From positions 6,377 through 70,376 of the IMG/VR virus record IMGVR_UViG_3300012979_000041: a stretch of 64,000 nucleotides of DNA; one strand, given 5' to 3'. The translations under genes and the position numbers were made by a program. The DNA comes from a virus (taxonomy: Duplodnaviria > Caudoviricetes). Shown piece by piece: positions 23,501 through 36,058 of this stretch. Every line of letters starts with the position of its first letter. Within the stretch, counting starts at the first letter, position 1. The notes below the pieces were generated by a model that saw nothing but the letters and a program-made list of their open reading frames with translations, did not search any database and was not told the origin of the DNA.

Positions 23501-26207
23501 ACAGGAAGAAACGGAAGCTGTGATGTGGCCTGATCTGTCTATTATGTCTGCTGCACATCTTGTTGATCCAGATATTGATATCAATCTATGGGCATACTTT
23601 GACAAGATCGCGAAATGTTATGACCAGCCGCAAAAAACAACTATAACAATCAACACAAACCTGACAACGATGGGGCAACATTCGTTTACTGATGTTCTGA
23701 CTCATATTGCCGAAGTCGCTGGAGAAGTGAAAGGCAAAGAAACTTTGTATTCGAGAGCTTCAGCGATTACAAGCAGCGGGCAGATGGCCGCAGAACGATT
23801 AGAAGGTAAAATTGATGCGAACAAGTTGCGCATAACTGGCGGCTCGTCCACTTGGTATACCGATAGTCGCGGCAACCAGGTGTTTGAATCTTCCGATGGG
23901 TTGTCTGCGATGACGTTGACCGGTAATGGTTTTGCTATCGCTAATTCGAAGAATATCTGGGGCGAATGGAATTGGAGAACGTTTGGCACTGGCGAAGGTT
24001 TTACTGCTGATGAAATCATTGCCGGCTATCTTTCTGCTGAGCGTATTGAGGCTGGTACGATTACAACAGATCATTTGGCTAGTACGGTTGGTAATGAATT
24101 GAACATTTCGAGCAACAAAGCTTAGAATCTGTTTGCGACTATTGACGGCAAGAAACCTGCAGGATCTGTGTAGACGAACGGTTCAATTATTGAAATTGCT
24201 ACAGACCATGTGAACATCGGTTCTTCTGGCGAAATCAATATGACAGGCTCAAATCTCGATTTAACCGGAAGCGGAAGTATCAACGTTAGCGGCCAAAGTG
24301 CTGTGAACATCGCTTCAGACGGAAAGGTTGACATCAATGGCGGCACAATCGATGTGAGATCGAATGGCAAAATCAATCTTTCTGGCGGTACATTATCGGT
24401 GACCGCTAATGGTGTTATTGAAGTTGTCTCTGGTTCTGCGATCAAGATCGGAACAGGCACTCTTAAAACTGCTTTAGATAATAAATATTCTATCTTTTCT
24501 GGTGTGGATATTGGGGAGAGCGGCGTTACTGTCAGCGGTAAAACGATTAGTTAGCTTACTGCTTCCGGCGTGGCTGGAGTTATTACGCTTGGCTCCGATC
24601 AGAATAAACTGACTTCTGCCGGCGTGTTGAGTCTTGCTGGTGGCAACATTCTTCTTGATGGGCCAAACAACACGGCTACTATTGGCAACGGTGGTGGTAC
24701 GGTTAATATTGGTACAGCAGGTAACGGAACGATTAACATCGGAACAGGCGGTACAGCAACTATCAATCTTGCTACTTATAACATGAAGAGCAGCACGAAA
24801 TCTGTTGCGTATGATACGACATATTCCGTGGGAGGCACCGCATCTACTGCCAATAGCACTAATACGATCACTTATACGAAGACAGACGATGACGGTACGA
24901 CAAGTGCAACATCTTTTACGATTACCGCACAATATAAGAGTGCAACAATTACTTCAAATGCTAACCCGAGCATAACAAACGGTAAGTTGCTGCAGCTTAT
25001 GTACCAGACAAAAGGTTTAAACATGTATGCTGACGTATCGAATAACAGAACTATATTGGCTCCAAGCGTTGCAGACGGTAACTTACTGGGTTGGAACGTT
25101 ATTAGTGCTGTGAACATCGGCGCTACGAACATGAGTGCTGCAACGATTTGTGCTGACAATATGTATCTTAACGGCATCGCTGTTGCAGATCAGAAATGGA
25201 CTATAGATACAATAGCTCATGTTTTGAATAATAACGACGTTATTCCGTCGATCAAATCTAGAGCAGATAGCGCATATTGGGGAGCCTATCGTAAGCCTAC
25301 GCTCATTTTGACCGAGTCTAGCGGAACGTATTCGCTGACTGTGAAGACTGCTGGAGGCGATTCGAATACCGTAAATTTTAATTCGGCTGCCAGCGGATCT
25401 TTGATATTCACTGGTAGCGGAACGTCAATTATGGCTCAGTTGATGAAAAAAGGCTATACAAATCCTTACGACTCTTCTCAGATGTTGATGAAAGCGTCGG
25501 CACATCTTGAGCTAAACGGAATCTACGCAGAATGCCGTTCTGGTTCGGCTGCGGGGGGCAATCTTATTGCCTCCATCGATTGTACACCTATTTACAATGA
25601 AGGTAAAACAGCAGGTAAAACAGAAGGAGCAAATTCTCTTGTTTTCTATGCAGGAGGATACTCTGAAGTTGCAAATCTTGGCTATGGAGAATCTGTTAGC
25701 ATAACTGCAACAACTACAAGAGGCGACAACACATCTAATGCTACTGGCATTCTTGTAAAGGCTCCGGCTGATAGGTATGCTCAAGGTAAAACAGATGGAG
25801 CAAACTCCCTTGTGTTTTATGCTGGTGGATATTCTGGAGTTGCAGATCTTGGTTATGGAGAGTCTGTAAGCGTTACTGCAACGACAACGAGAGGCGATGG
25901 TACGTCAAATGTCGGGAGCATTTTAGTAAAAGCTCCTGCGGATAGATATTCCGAAGGTTACGCCGCTGGATGGGCAGCAGCAAAAGCAAAGATTGGTCTA
26001 AGCGGAAATCAGATTTCTGGCCCCAGCGCTGCTGTGGATAATAGCGAGGTCTTGTATACTGTTACGGCTGGTGGCAGCATTAACTCCATCAAGAATAACG
26101 CTCCGAACTACATGTTTGCAGAAGGCTATGCTCGCGCATATGTCAATGGAGCACAAGTTAACTATCTGTATATCTCCAAGAGTCAATCTTTCAGCCTTGG
26201 GCAATAA
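20541..26207 (+). CDS. Tail tip/hub (Tal-like) protein fused to a central fibre region, 1888 aa (~10 TAG)
   Basis: Seven ORF-track fragments in one frame, broken only at TAG; TTV*EGTGWSVG, ITKLYAYGS and WNWRTFGTGEGFTADEI are typical Firmicute siphophage tail motifs; Gly/Ser/Thr-rich beta-helix-like region; ends TAA. Confidence 0.8.
25629..25960 (+). repeat. Tandem 171-nt (57-aa) duplication within the tail fibre region
   Basis: ANSLVFYAGGYS..LGYGESVS.TATTTRGD.TSN...ILVKAPADRY occurs twice, starting at 25629 and 25800. Confidence 0.9.
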
Positions 26208-26230
26208 AAAATTTATAAGGAGATCAAATT

Positions 26231-26599
26231 ATGATTTAGACTAAACAAAGTAAAGCTGTTCAAGCATATAAAGCAATCGATAAAATGGCAAAAGGGGCTT
26301 TGCCTTTACCTGTTTCTTATAGTTTTTTTAAATTGAAGAAGGCTTTACAATGTCATATTGAATTTCAGATTTCAAAGGAACAAGAACTGTTCGATCAGTA
26401 CCAACCTGTCTTTAATGAAGATGGTATTTGGACTTTTAAGTCAGAAGACGACAAAAACGAATTCGTGAAGAAGATCAACGAAATTGGAGAACTTGACGTG
26501 GAAATCGATAGCAACATTATTACAATTTCGTAGACGTCTGGAATTACTATGTCTATTGAGGATATGGAAGCTTTGGATGCATTTGTTGAGTTCGAGTAA
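26231..26599 (+). CDS. Small tail-associated/chaperone-like protein (2 TAG, one at codon 3)
   Basis: GGAG RBS, ATG ATT TAG..., ends TAA followed by hairpin GAGAGGCGGC..GCCGCCTCTC. Confidence 0.6.
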
Positions 26600-26656
26600 C
26601 AAAATACGAGAGGCGGCATTGCCGCCTCTCTACCGCACAAATAAGGAGAGGTGTTT

Positions 26657-27454
26657 ATGGCAGACATGAAAACAAACTATGTTGACGTTTCTTTTACGCT
26701 AGGAAATACTGTAAAGAGCGTAAAACCTAGATATCAGTGGGATCATGGTGTTATTTAGCGCATTTCTGGTATAGTCTTTGACGGTCCGGTTTAGCTACAT
26801 TGCGCGTTCGAAGGGCAAACATCGCCAGCAGTGGTTGTCACAACTACGAAAGAAAATGACGTTTGTTTAATGAAAATTCCAGACGAATTATTTCAGCAAC
26901 CCAAAGCTATCCGGTGTTATGCTTATATTGAGAACGAGGAAATGGGTATTACTTTTTTTGAAGTTCGCATACCGATTATTCCGAGAGCTAAGCCTAGCGA
27001 CTATGTTTACGATCCCACCGAGGTTATTCCTAACATCGCCGAACTTCTTGCCGAAATCGAGGAACTAAGAGAAGCGACAGAAGCTGCGCAGAACGCTGCT
27101 GAATACGCTTCAAATATTTCTTCGATCAAAGTATCAGAAACACAACCTACGGAAGAACATGTAGACGTTTGGGTTAAAAGCGATGAAGAAGATGCTTTTG
27201 CCATGCCAGAAATAGAAGATTCTACCATTTCTGAATCAGACACTTGGAGCAGTAAGAAGATTCAAGAAGAAATAAACAAGACTGTAAAAATCGAACAGGG
27301 AACCGCTTTAGCTGGAAAAATTCTTTACGTAGATAGCGAAGGAAACGTCAACGTTTTGACCGTTGGAACTGGATTGGCTATTGAAAACGGAGTGTAGGGA
27401 TTGGCGGGCACAATACTGAACACCTCCAGACTGAACGAAACTGTGCTTATGTAA
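26657..27454 (+). CDS. BppU-like baseplate/fibre protein (3 TAG)
   Basis: YQWDHG.I*RI.G N-terminus, IPIIPRAKPSDYV and DTWSSKKI motifs common in Firmicute phage tail fibre anchors; ends TAA. Confidence 0.65.
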
Positions 27455-27468
27455 GGTGGTCGTGATGT

Positions 27469-30438
27469 ATGAGCTATCAGAAGCAATTTTTCGAGCCGGG
27501 CGAAATACTCGAAGCCGAGGAACTAAACTATATCGAGGACGGTGTAGCCCAAAACGCTGAAAACTTTAATCAGCTTATTGGTAGCGTCACAAAAATTCAA
27601 AACGTATTAGGTATAAGCGATGGCGAGATAGAACAAGTAGATAAATTGATTAAACCAACAAAACATGTGCCTAAAGATTTGCTTAATATTCCTCAAAAAA
27701 AAGTTTACGTTCAAGCTGCGAAGTATGCGTATGCGTTATATGAAATAGACCCCGCTATTACGTATTATGTTACTGGCTCTGCTCATTCCAACGCTGCTGA
27801 ATATCCAGTTGGCGGTTTCTATGATGCAGACGATTCTTTAATTTCTATGTTTGGAACAACTCCAAATGAAGTATACACCAAAGAGCCGGTTGTTCCACCC
27901 GAAAACGCTGTATCTATGGCTGTCAATAAAACAATTCAAACGCAAAGTATAGAAGTTTTCATAAAGAAAACCCTTACTGGCAGCGAATAGATCGACGATT
28001 TGGCAGAACAAACAGAAGAAGTTGTTTCTAGAGTAGACGACTTTTAGGAACAATATGAAAAAGACAACACCCCAGCAATAGGACCAGCTGTTACACCAGA
28101 GTCTACCGTAGAGAATCAAATATATAATGTAGTTACAATGTCTCCTTACGGAAATGAAGTTCATTACGGGCATTCGTTTTACAACGTAACAGGAGGCAAA
28201 CAATATTTTGTCACCTGCACATCTGCAACGAACGTTGATAATTTCCCAGGTGGCGCTTTTTATGATGCAGATGGCAATCTGTTGATAACAATCTGCGCAG
28301 ATCCTTTGACTCGATATTTCGATGTATAGGTTAAAGCCCCAACAAACGCGAAAAAATTAGTTTTAAACAAAAACGCTGGTTTGCCTGCTGCTATTTGTAA
28401 AGTCGGAATCGAATCAGCGGAAAAAAGCGCTTCTTCAAAATCTTACGATCTAGGTATGGCGAGTTCTTTAATTGCGTTAAATAAGCAAAATCCGTTTACA
28501 CTCAAGACTCTCGATAAAGGATATGTCAGTTTTGTTTTTGACGATCTTACTGATGATATCGACAGTATCGCCGCCACTTTTGAAGAATATCAAATGCCTT
28601 TATGTCTTGCCGCTATACCAGAAAAACTTGACAATATTGCAACAGGTGTTTAGGAGACAAGAGGAAGTTATGAACCAAGCATGTCGATGAGAACTATTGC
28701 TAAAAAAGTAGTAGAACTCGGCGGCGAGGTGATGGCACATAACGTTGATGTAATTACTGAGAAAACCCAATACGATTATGAATTCATGTACGATCATGTT
28801 ATCAACTGTAAAAATAGTTTACAAGCAGCAGGATTCACTCCGAGAGGATTTATTCGAGCCGGCGGTGAAGGTGCGATCTCTAATTCGTCAGAAATAGAAA
28901 AATGGTTGATCGGCAATTTCGATTATTCTAATCAAGGTGTTTCATTTAGGTATTCATAGGAACGTGTGACAATAAATCAAAGCATAGATACAATTAAGAG
29001 CATTATTGATAAATGCGCAAGCGATAAAACATGGATAAGATTTATGTGTCACGGATATGAATATGGCGCAGGCGATACTTTCGAGAACGAAACGGTCTTG
29101 CGTGAAATACTTGATTATCTGCAAAGTAAAGGAATTGCCGTAGTCACGTATGAGACAATGATCGACACGTTTGGGTCTACTGACATCGAACAAACCGTTG
29201 AAGATTTATCAGAAGGCATTACTCCAATTATCGAAGAAAAACTAACAATGTTGACTCCAACTCAGGTTGTTGATGGAAGTATATACATGATTCCAGCCAA
29301 CGAATCTTATGGAGATAATGTCTTATACAGTCATGCATTTTTCGACGTAAAAGAAAATGAACGATATTATGTGTCTGGAAGTACACCTTCGAATGGTTCT
29401 GTTTATGCTTTATGTGCTTTCTGGAACGGCATAAATACTTGGAGACTTGCTGTTTTTGGAACTGACAACTCTACGGCTTATAAAGATTTTGAAGTTATAG
29501 CCCCAGCCGGAGCTGTAAAGATGGTCGTAAATAATTGCCTTTCTGGTAGTGAGATTGCGGTCAAACAAAAAACAACATTAGAAGAAAGATTAGACATGAT
29601 GCAAGAGTCTATTGCTGTTGTTGGATCAATGAATGAGCGTGTTACGAATAACGAGAGTCGAATCAATCGCGGATTTTTCCCTGTTATGATTGACAGTGTT
29701 TTACTTGAAGCAAAAAAGAATCCTTTTGCTTTTAAGCCTTTAGACAAAGGATACGTTAGCTTTGTTTTTGATGATTTGAGAGACACCGTCGATTCTGTAG
29801 CAGCTGTATTTGAAGAATTTAATATGCCCTTATGTTTAGCTGCAATTCACACAAGAATGGGCGTTCACGCTACTGGATTATCAGCAGCACGAGGTAGCTA
29901 TATTCCTGATATGATGATGTATGAAATTTGTTTTAAAGTGCTTGAATTAGGTGGAGAGATTATGGCTCATTGTTCGACGGTTATAAATAAAGATAATCAA
30001 TATGACTATGATTTTATGTATGATCATTTTATTACGACAAAAGAAAAATTCGAAGCATGGGGCATTGAAACCAGAGGTATGGTTAGAGCAGGCGGTTCAG
30101 ATCAGATCAGTAAATCAAAAGAGATTACGCGATGGGTTAATGGCACATATGAGTATTCAAATTATAGCGATGAAGTCAATCACGATTTGCAACGTGAAAC
30201 GTTGAATCAGCCGATTGATTCGGTGAAAGCATTGATAAAAGACGCTGTTGATAATAAAAAATGGATCAGACTTATGGGGCATGATTATGATTATGGTAAT
30301 GGAGAAACCTTTACAGGAGAAGATGATTTAAGAGAAATATAGTCATATTGCCAAGAACAAGGGATCGAAGTCGTCACGTATGGATACATGTTCGACAATT
30401 TTAGATCAAGTAAAATAGAACTGCTTATCAATAGTTAA
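27469..30438 (+). CDS. Tail-associated protein with two polysaccharide deacetylase (CE4/NodB-like) domains and repeated beta-sandwich modules, 989 aa (6 TAG)
   Basis: Fragments 27469, 28138, 28381, 28681 and 28966 are in one frame; duplicated KGYVSFVFDDL...GGE.MAH...RG..RAGG...W.R.M.H.Y; ends TAA. Confidence 0.75.
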
Positions 30439-30461
30439 GAGACAAGGAGGTAGTTCATAAA

Positions 30462-32930
30462 ATGAAAACAATAAATCACAAACTATTTTATGTAAAAAAT
30501 CCAGATACAGGAGAATACGAGTCTCTCCCTGCATAGCGTGGCGAGTCTGCTTATGAAGCTGCAGTTCGACTTGGGAAAACTACGCTAACGGAAGAGCAAT
30601 GGCTAGAAGAATATGAAGTAAAACGTGATGACGCAATTGAAGCCATTGAGGAAAAAGGCGTGAATACTCTTGCATCAATACCGGAAGATTATACAGCTCT
30701 GACAAATGAAGTTAGTCAACTTACTGAAGAAATTGAAAAACACACTAACTTATTATTCTGCCGAGAAGAAGTGGCTTTTTCGCAAGGTTGGATTAGATTT
30801 CCGAGCGGAAATCACAAAGATACAGCGAATAGATGTAAGACCGATGAATTGCGAATTGCGCCGAATGAAAAAGTAGTTATCGAGCCAAACGGAATGTACT
30901 ATGTAATGGCAACTATAAATCCGACAACGGGCGAAGCGTCTTTATATTATCCCGATTGGGTATCAAACGGACAAATAGCGGTTATCTCATTTGATGATGA
31001 AACTCAGTTAAGAATCGCTGTAAAAATGCCCGATGATGCGGATATATCTCCAAACGACGTTACCGCTAACGTATATATTGAAAAGATAATAACCAACGTT
31101 ATCGAAAACGACGTACGGAAAGCAGAAAACCAAATTCACGAATTACAAAAAGCAACTAGTTATCACAAGATAAACGCTGAGCTTGTGGGTGGATATGTTC
31201 TCGATTCTCGTTTTTTCGAATCAACTTTCGCTACGGTTGTAAAATTTAGTGCGAATGTCGATCAGTATTATCGTATAAACTTGAATTGCCCACATAATAG
31301 ATTTATCGTTTACGGTAGCTCCGATCAAATCACATACGAAGAAGTAGGGCGTATCGCTACTAATGCATTGACGAATAATGACACATATACTTACTATAAC
31401 GAAAAATATCCTACATTGCTTGTTCAGTGCTGGTATAGTAGTTCAGAAACGCCGCCCGAAAATATCGATCCGCTTGTTTTTACAAGTGATAGCGATAACT
31501 TTGAGGAATTAAAAATCGAGGGCGTACATGTAGTCACGCATGAAGATTTAAATGAAGTCGTCGAGATTTTAAACGAATCTATCGAAAATGTTGCCGATAG
31601 CATTGAAAATATAAGTTTCGATTGTGAATTGACCAACGTAAAAAATGAAGGCAATATATCGAATGACGGTAAAAACCTTTGTCTCGTTTGTCAGAAGCAA
31701 ATTTATAAGAACGGGGAAAGTCCTGACGTAAGCGGGTATCTGTACCTTGACATCTACGAAGGGAAATTTTATTATTCTTCGCCTTTGCCTGACAATCCGA
31801 AATATTTGTGTGATTGGAAAACGGATGTTGCGTATTCTGCTTGTCAAAACAGTACGGATGCGCAGGCGGATAGGTGGCATTTTTCGATTACAAAGGACGG
31901 CGATATTATTTGTCTGCTGAATTATAAAAGATGCGCGCCGATTATTTACCCGCATGGGGATTATAATAATCCTGTTATTGTTGAGGGTATTACGACAAAT
32001 CCATATGGATTGTTGACGCAACAGAGTATCGTTCAGATGGATGACGGGACTTTCTATTTCGGTGAATACGCAGTACATTCGCTCGAAGATGAGCAGAATA
32101 ACGACCGTAGAAATATATGGAAAGTCACGAAACCATACACGGACGCTTCGAATTGGGTTGTCGACCATAGTTTCAAACATGTATATTTTACGAGTCCCGA
32201 ATCTGACGAGCCGGACAATGAGATCGGTCATATCCATTCTGTAACGTTTGACTGGTATACAAACACTCTATACGCGAACACGGGCGATATTGGTAGGCAT
32301 GTAAGGATTTGGAGAAAGACGCTCCCTGACGGCGTTTGGAGCGAGTGTGCAAAATGTACCGGTAACAAACAGATTACGGAAGATGAACAAAAATTCAGAG
32401 TCGTTAATCTTTTGTATACTTCCGATGCTTGTTGGTGGGCTACCGATTCTTTCCATTCACTCCATAATTTGTATAAAGCCGATAGAGACGCAAACGGAGA
32501 CATTGATTTCGCAACCACTCAAAAAATTATCAACCTTGAATCTTTTGAAGGCAGAAATTACAGCAATACACAGCCAACCTATATCAATGTATTGATGCGC
32601 GATCCCAATGGCATCCTGTTCATTGACAGGGGCGAAGACAGGGTAGACAGAAAGCTTGATATCGTGTTCTATAGCTTTGACCGAAACAAAGCCTATATTT
32701 GCAAAACGCTTAAAAAGGTTTCCGAATCAAACGGCCTGTTTAATATGGGTGATAAAGCGACTATGGTGGATCGTGTAGGATTACCGAATCAGTGTGCAGT
32801 GGGCTATCAGCCCTTTAACACCGATTACGTCATGGTTGGTGGCGCGACTTATATTCGGATGAATCAGGTTGATATCTTTAATAATAATCCTGACAATTAT
32901 GTTGGTGCATTGAAGATTAAGATCAGTTAA
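30462..32930 (+). CDS. Putative receptor-binding/tail spike protein, 822 aa (1 TAG near N-terminus)
   Basis: AAGGAGG RBS, ATG 30462, LPA*RGESAYEAAV anchor motif, then a long TAG-free region with beta-propeller-like C-terminus; ends TAA. Confidence 0.6.
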
Positions 32931-33036
32931 TAAGCGATCTAACCCGATTGGTGACTAAATTTAAAAGGTAACTAAATATGAAAAATGAATAAAAATGCAA
33001 ATTTGGAGGGGAGGTTTCTCCCCTCCATTTCGACAA

Positions 33037-34041
33037 TTACAATATGCAACGAGCGTGTTCGGATTTGACTTTCACGTTAGATACTTTAGCGTAAATCATA
33101 GTAGTGGCGACGCTTGAATGACCTAACAACCTGGACACATCTTCTACCGGCATGCCAGAATTAATAGCTTGCGTTGCTGTCGTATGCCTTAAAACGTGAG
33201 GCGTCAATTTCTTGTCAATGCCACATCTTTCTGACATTTGTCGAACAATCTTTTCTACTGCACACTTTGTAAGTTTTCGGCTTGGACGTCTTTCGGTGAT
33301 AAATAAAAATTCGTTAGGTTCTTCTCGTTCTTTTAAATATTCTTTCAAAGCGACTTCGCATTTAGCATTGATGTAGCTAGTGCGATGCTTTTTACCTTTG
33401 CCGAATAAATGTACAGTTTTCTCATTCCAATCAATGTCGTTCATCTTTACGTTGGTTAGCTCTGTTACGCGACATCCTGTAGAATATAGGAATTCTATAA
33501 TGGCAGTTTCTCGCTTTGTTTTACAGGATCTTCTTACGTATTCTAAATCTGTTTGCGTTAAAGCTTGGCGTTCTTTAACCTCATACTTTATAGCTTTTAG
33601 AGACTTTCCGGGATTGTTTGGAATATATCCTTCAGATTGAGCCCAAGAGAAGAACCAGCATATGATTTCCCTATACTTATCCTATGTTCTATCTGAGATA
33701 GCTCTTGATTGTTGATATTCGTAAATATACATTCGGATATCCTAGGCAGTTATTTCTTCCGCTGGTTTTCTCGCCCATAAAAAGAAGGCAAATAGTATCC
33801 TTCTATAGTTTTCCAACGTCCCAAGAGAAAGACCTTCGGTCCTTTTGATTACGAGATACATCTTGACTATTCGAGGTATTGGGTCTACGTAGGTTGTTAG
33901 AGCTACTTCCTTTTCCTTTATGTCGTATGGATAACTCGCTTTATCTAATGCACTCGTAATTGCATTGATCTACTCTCCTGGAAGATTAGGAAGTCGAGTT
34001 TCAAGTTCGATTAAAAACGAATTCTTTAATTGTTCATACAT
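33037..34041 (-). CDS. XerC/D-like tyrosine recombinase (3 TAG)
   Basis: FLYSTGCRVTEL and HVLRHTTAT...LLGHSSVATTMIY catalytic boxes; N-terminal SAM-like domain read through three TAGs from ATG 34041. Confidence 0.85.
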
Positions 34042-34082
34042 AATACAATCTCCTAAAAATAATCGAGAAAGGATGATACATA

Positions 34083-34868
34083 GTGGCTGAGATTAGTTTA
34101 AATACTTTTCTGTTGAAAGCTGATGAAATAGCAGAAGAAAAGCCATCATACCAACTTGGTCACGATGGCTCAGACGGGAAATGTGATTGCATTGGATATA
34201 TCATTGGAGCGATCAGAAGAAGCGGTGGCTCATGGAAAGGCACTCATGGTAGTAATTATTCTGCAAGAAACGAAATGGAGTATTAGGAAAAAATCAACAA
34301 CTTGAAAGAGTAGAAGATTGGAGAAGCCGTTTATAAAGCATCTTCTCCAGGTCAAAACAATTATGATTTGCCAAGCACATACGCAGAGCACGAAGACCAA
34401 AAAGACTATTACCACGTTGGGATTGTGAGAAGCGTTAATCCTCTAAAAATTGTGCATTGCACTGGCCCAGGTATTGTGGTGGATACGAAGATTGGAAAAT
34501 GGAATTATCACGGATGGTTAAAAAAAATAAGTAAAGAAGGGGATGAACCTATGGCAGAGATTGAGTATGCTACGGTTACGGCTAACAGCGGAAGTACCGT
34601 GAATATGAGAAAGAAGCCCGAAGGAGATTTATTAGATCGCGTTCCAGTCGGGGCGAGGGTTTCTGTTATTGGTGAAGATGGCGATTGGCTAAATATCGTA
34701 TATGGAGAAACCGAAGGCTGGATGAAGAAAGAGTTTCTTGCTATCGGAGAAAACAATGCCACCAAGAACGATAATCAGAACGTTAGCGACAATGTAAATG
34801 TTGTTTAGCCCAGAGAACTCGCAGAACAGCTGAGAGACGCTCTTACGGCTGCAGTGGGTTGGGGGTGA
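34083..34868 (+). CDS. Endolysin: NlpC/P60-CHAP-like Cys-His peptidase plus SH3b-like cell-wall-binding domain (3 TAG)
   Basis: CDCIG...YYHVGIV...IVHC catalytic pattern; VNMRKKP...GDWLNIVYGETEGWM SH3b; ends TGA. Confidence 0.75.
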
Positions 34869-34873
34869 TATCG

Positions 34874-35227
34874 ATGGAAACCGTTTCTATTGAAATACCT
34901 GATCTTGCCGCTATCAGAGATTATTTGTTAGTGATTATCGAAATAGCTACAAGTATTGGAGTGATTTATAAATGGATTATAGCTCCGCTTAAAAAGATTG
35001 GAGATATGGTGAAGAGCCAGGAAGACGATATTGCAGATATTTTATGCGATAGGCTTCAACAAGCCCACGACTTTTATTGCTATCAACAAGGCTGGTGCAG
35101 TGCTGCCGATAAAGAGCGTCTTATGATGATGTACAAAAAGTATCGAAGCAAAGGTCGCAATCATTTGGCTGACCACAATGAAGACGATATTCTTTCCTAG
35201 CCAGAACATCCACCTGAAAAAGAGTGA
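34874..35227 (+). CDS. Lysis-cassette membrane protein (holin accessory-like; 1 TAG)
   Basis: One hydrophobic segment, YKKYRSKGRNH..DILS*PEHP; ends TGA. Confidence 0.6.
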
Positions 35228-35232
35228 TATAA

Positions 35233-35511
35233 ATGAAAAAGTATATTCAACATTCAAAAAAGCTGGCGACATTTGCGTTGGCAATATATTTTACAGTTTG
35301 CGTTGGCTGTATAACGTAGGTGGCATAGCTAAAGCTCAACTCTTATGAAATTGATGCTATGGTGAGTTTTCATAATTCAACCGCGACACTATGCGGCGTG
35401 GTGATTACTGCTTATATGGGTAATAGCAGTATAGAAAAATACGGCAATTAGAAATATAAATACCAAAAACTTACTACTACGGAAAATGAGACCGAAGTAG
35501 AGAACGGATGA
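35233..35511 (+). CDS. Putative holin-like membrane protein (3 TAG; missed by ORF track)
   Basis: Two hydrophobic segments; TAGs at the end of the first (VGCIT*VA*LKL); ends TGA. Confidence 0.55.
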
Positions 35512-35522
35512 GGTGACGAGAC

Positions 35523-35858
35523 ATGTTTGAAATTCTTGTAAATATCGACTGGACTCCTTTGATTGAAGCAATTATTGCTATCGCTGGAACTGCTCTTGTG
35601 GCTGTATGTGTAAAGTATGTGGTGCCGTGGCTTAAGGAAAACCATTTGCTAATTGCTGCACAGATCGCTGTGGAAGCAGCGGAAGCAGCTTATGGTCGAT
35701 ATAACGGAGAAGCCAAATGGAAGGCCGCGCTCGAAGCATAGAAAGCCAAAGGATTCAAGATTGATAGCGAAAGCGTTATTGCGGCTGTTAAAGCTGCTTG
35801 GAAACAACTTGATTTGAAGCAGATTGCGGCAGGAGAAAAAACCATCGAAGGTAAGTAA
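35523..35858 (+). CDS. Holin, LL-H-like (1 TAG)
   Basis: N-terminal TM helix, AQIAVEAAEAAY...KAALEA*KAKGFKID...AAVKAAW; ends TAA. Confidence 0.75.
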
Positions 35859-35978
35859 AAATAATGCTGGCGGGTGCGTTCGTGTGCTCGCCAGCACATT
35901 CTAATATAGGAGGCTGATTAAAAGATGAAAACAATGAAAAATAAGTAGATTCGAGATGTAAAAAAGATCTAGAAATCA

Positions 35979-36007
35979 TTGAAAAATCGTAGAATTTTTG
36001 GTATAAT
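35979..36007 (+). promoter_or_regulatory. SigA/sigma70-type promoter for the integrase
   Basis: TTGAAA - 17 nt - TATAAT with extended -10 TG; AAAGGAGG RBS downstream. Confidence 0.75.
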
Positions 36008-36058
36008 CAAATGGCTTAAATCTTCTATTTTTGCCATCGAAAAGGAGGCGGTGGCGCG

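Noticed and set aside
26792-26794. One TAG (GPV*LHC) where recalled homologues tend to have Glu/Gln (V-E-I-H)
   Set aside because: Single weakly conserved site outweighed by many Leu-specific sites; recorded as a counter-example to include in a formal test.
8732-32930. Fragmented ORFs as pseudogenes of a decaying prophage or as sequencing errors
   Set aside because: Breaks are exclusively TAG, never TAA/TGA or random frameshifts; frames stay intact over more than 10 kb and catalytic motifs are preserved.
20541-32930. Diversity-generating retroelement acting on tail fibres
   Set aside because: No reverse transcriptase and no template/variable repeat pair differing at adenines seen in the window; the 171-nt repeat differs mainly at synonymous sites.
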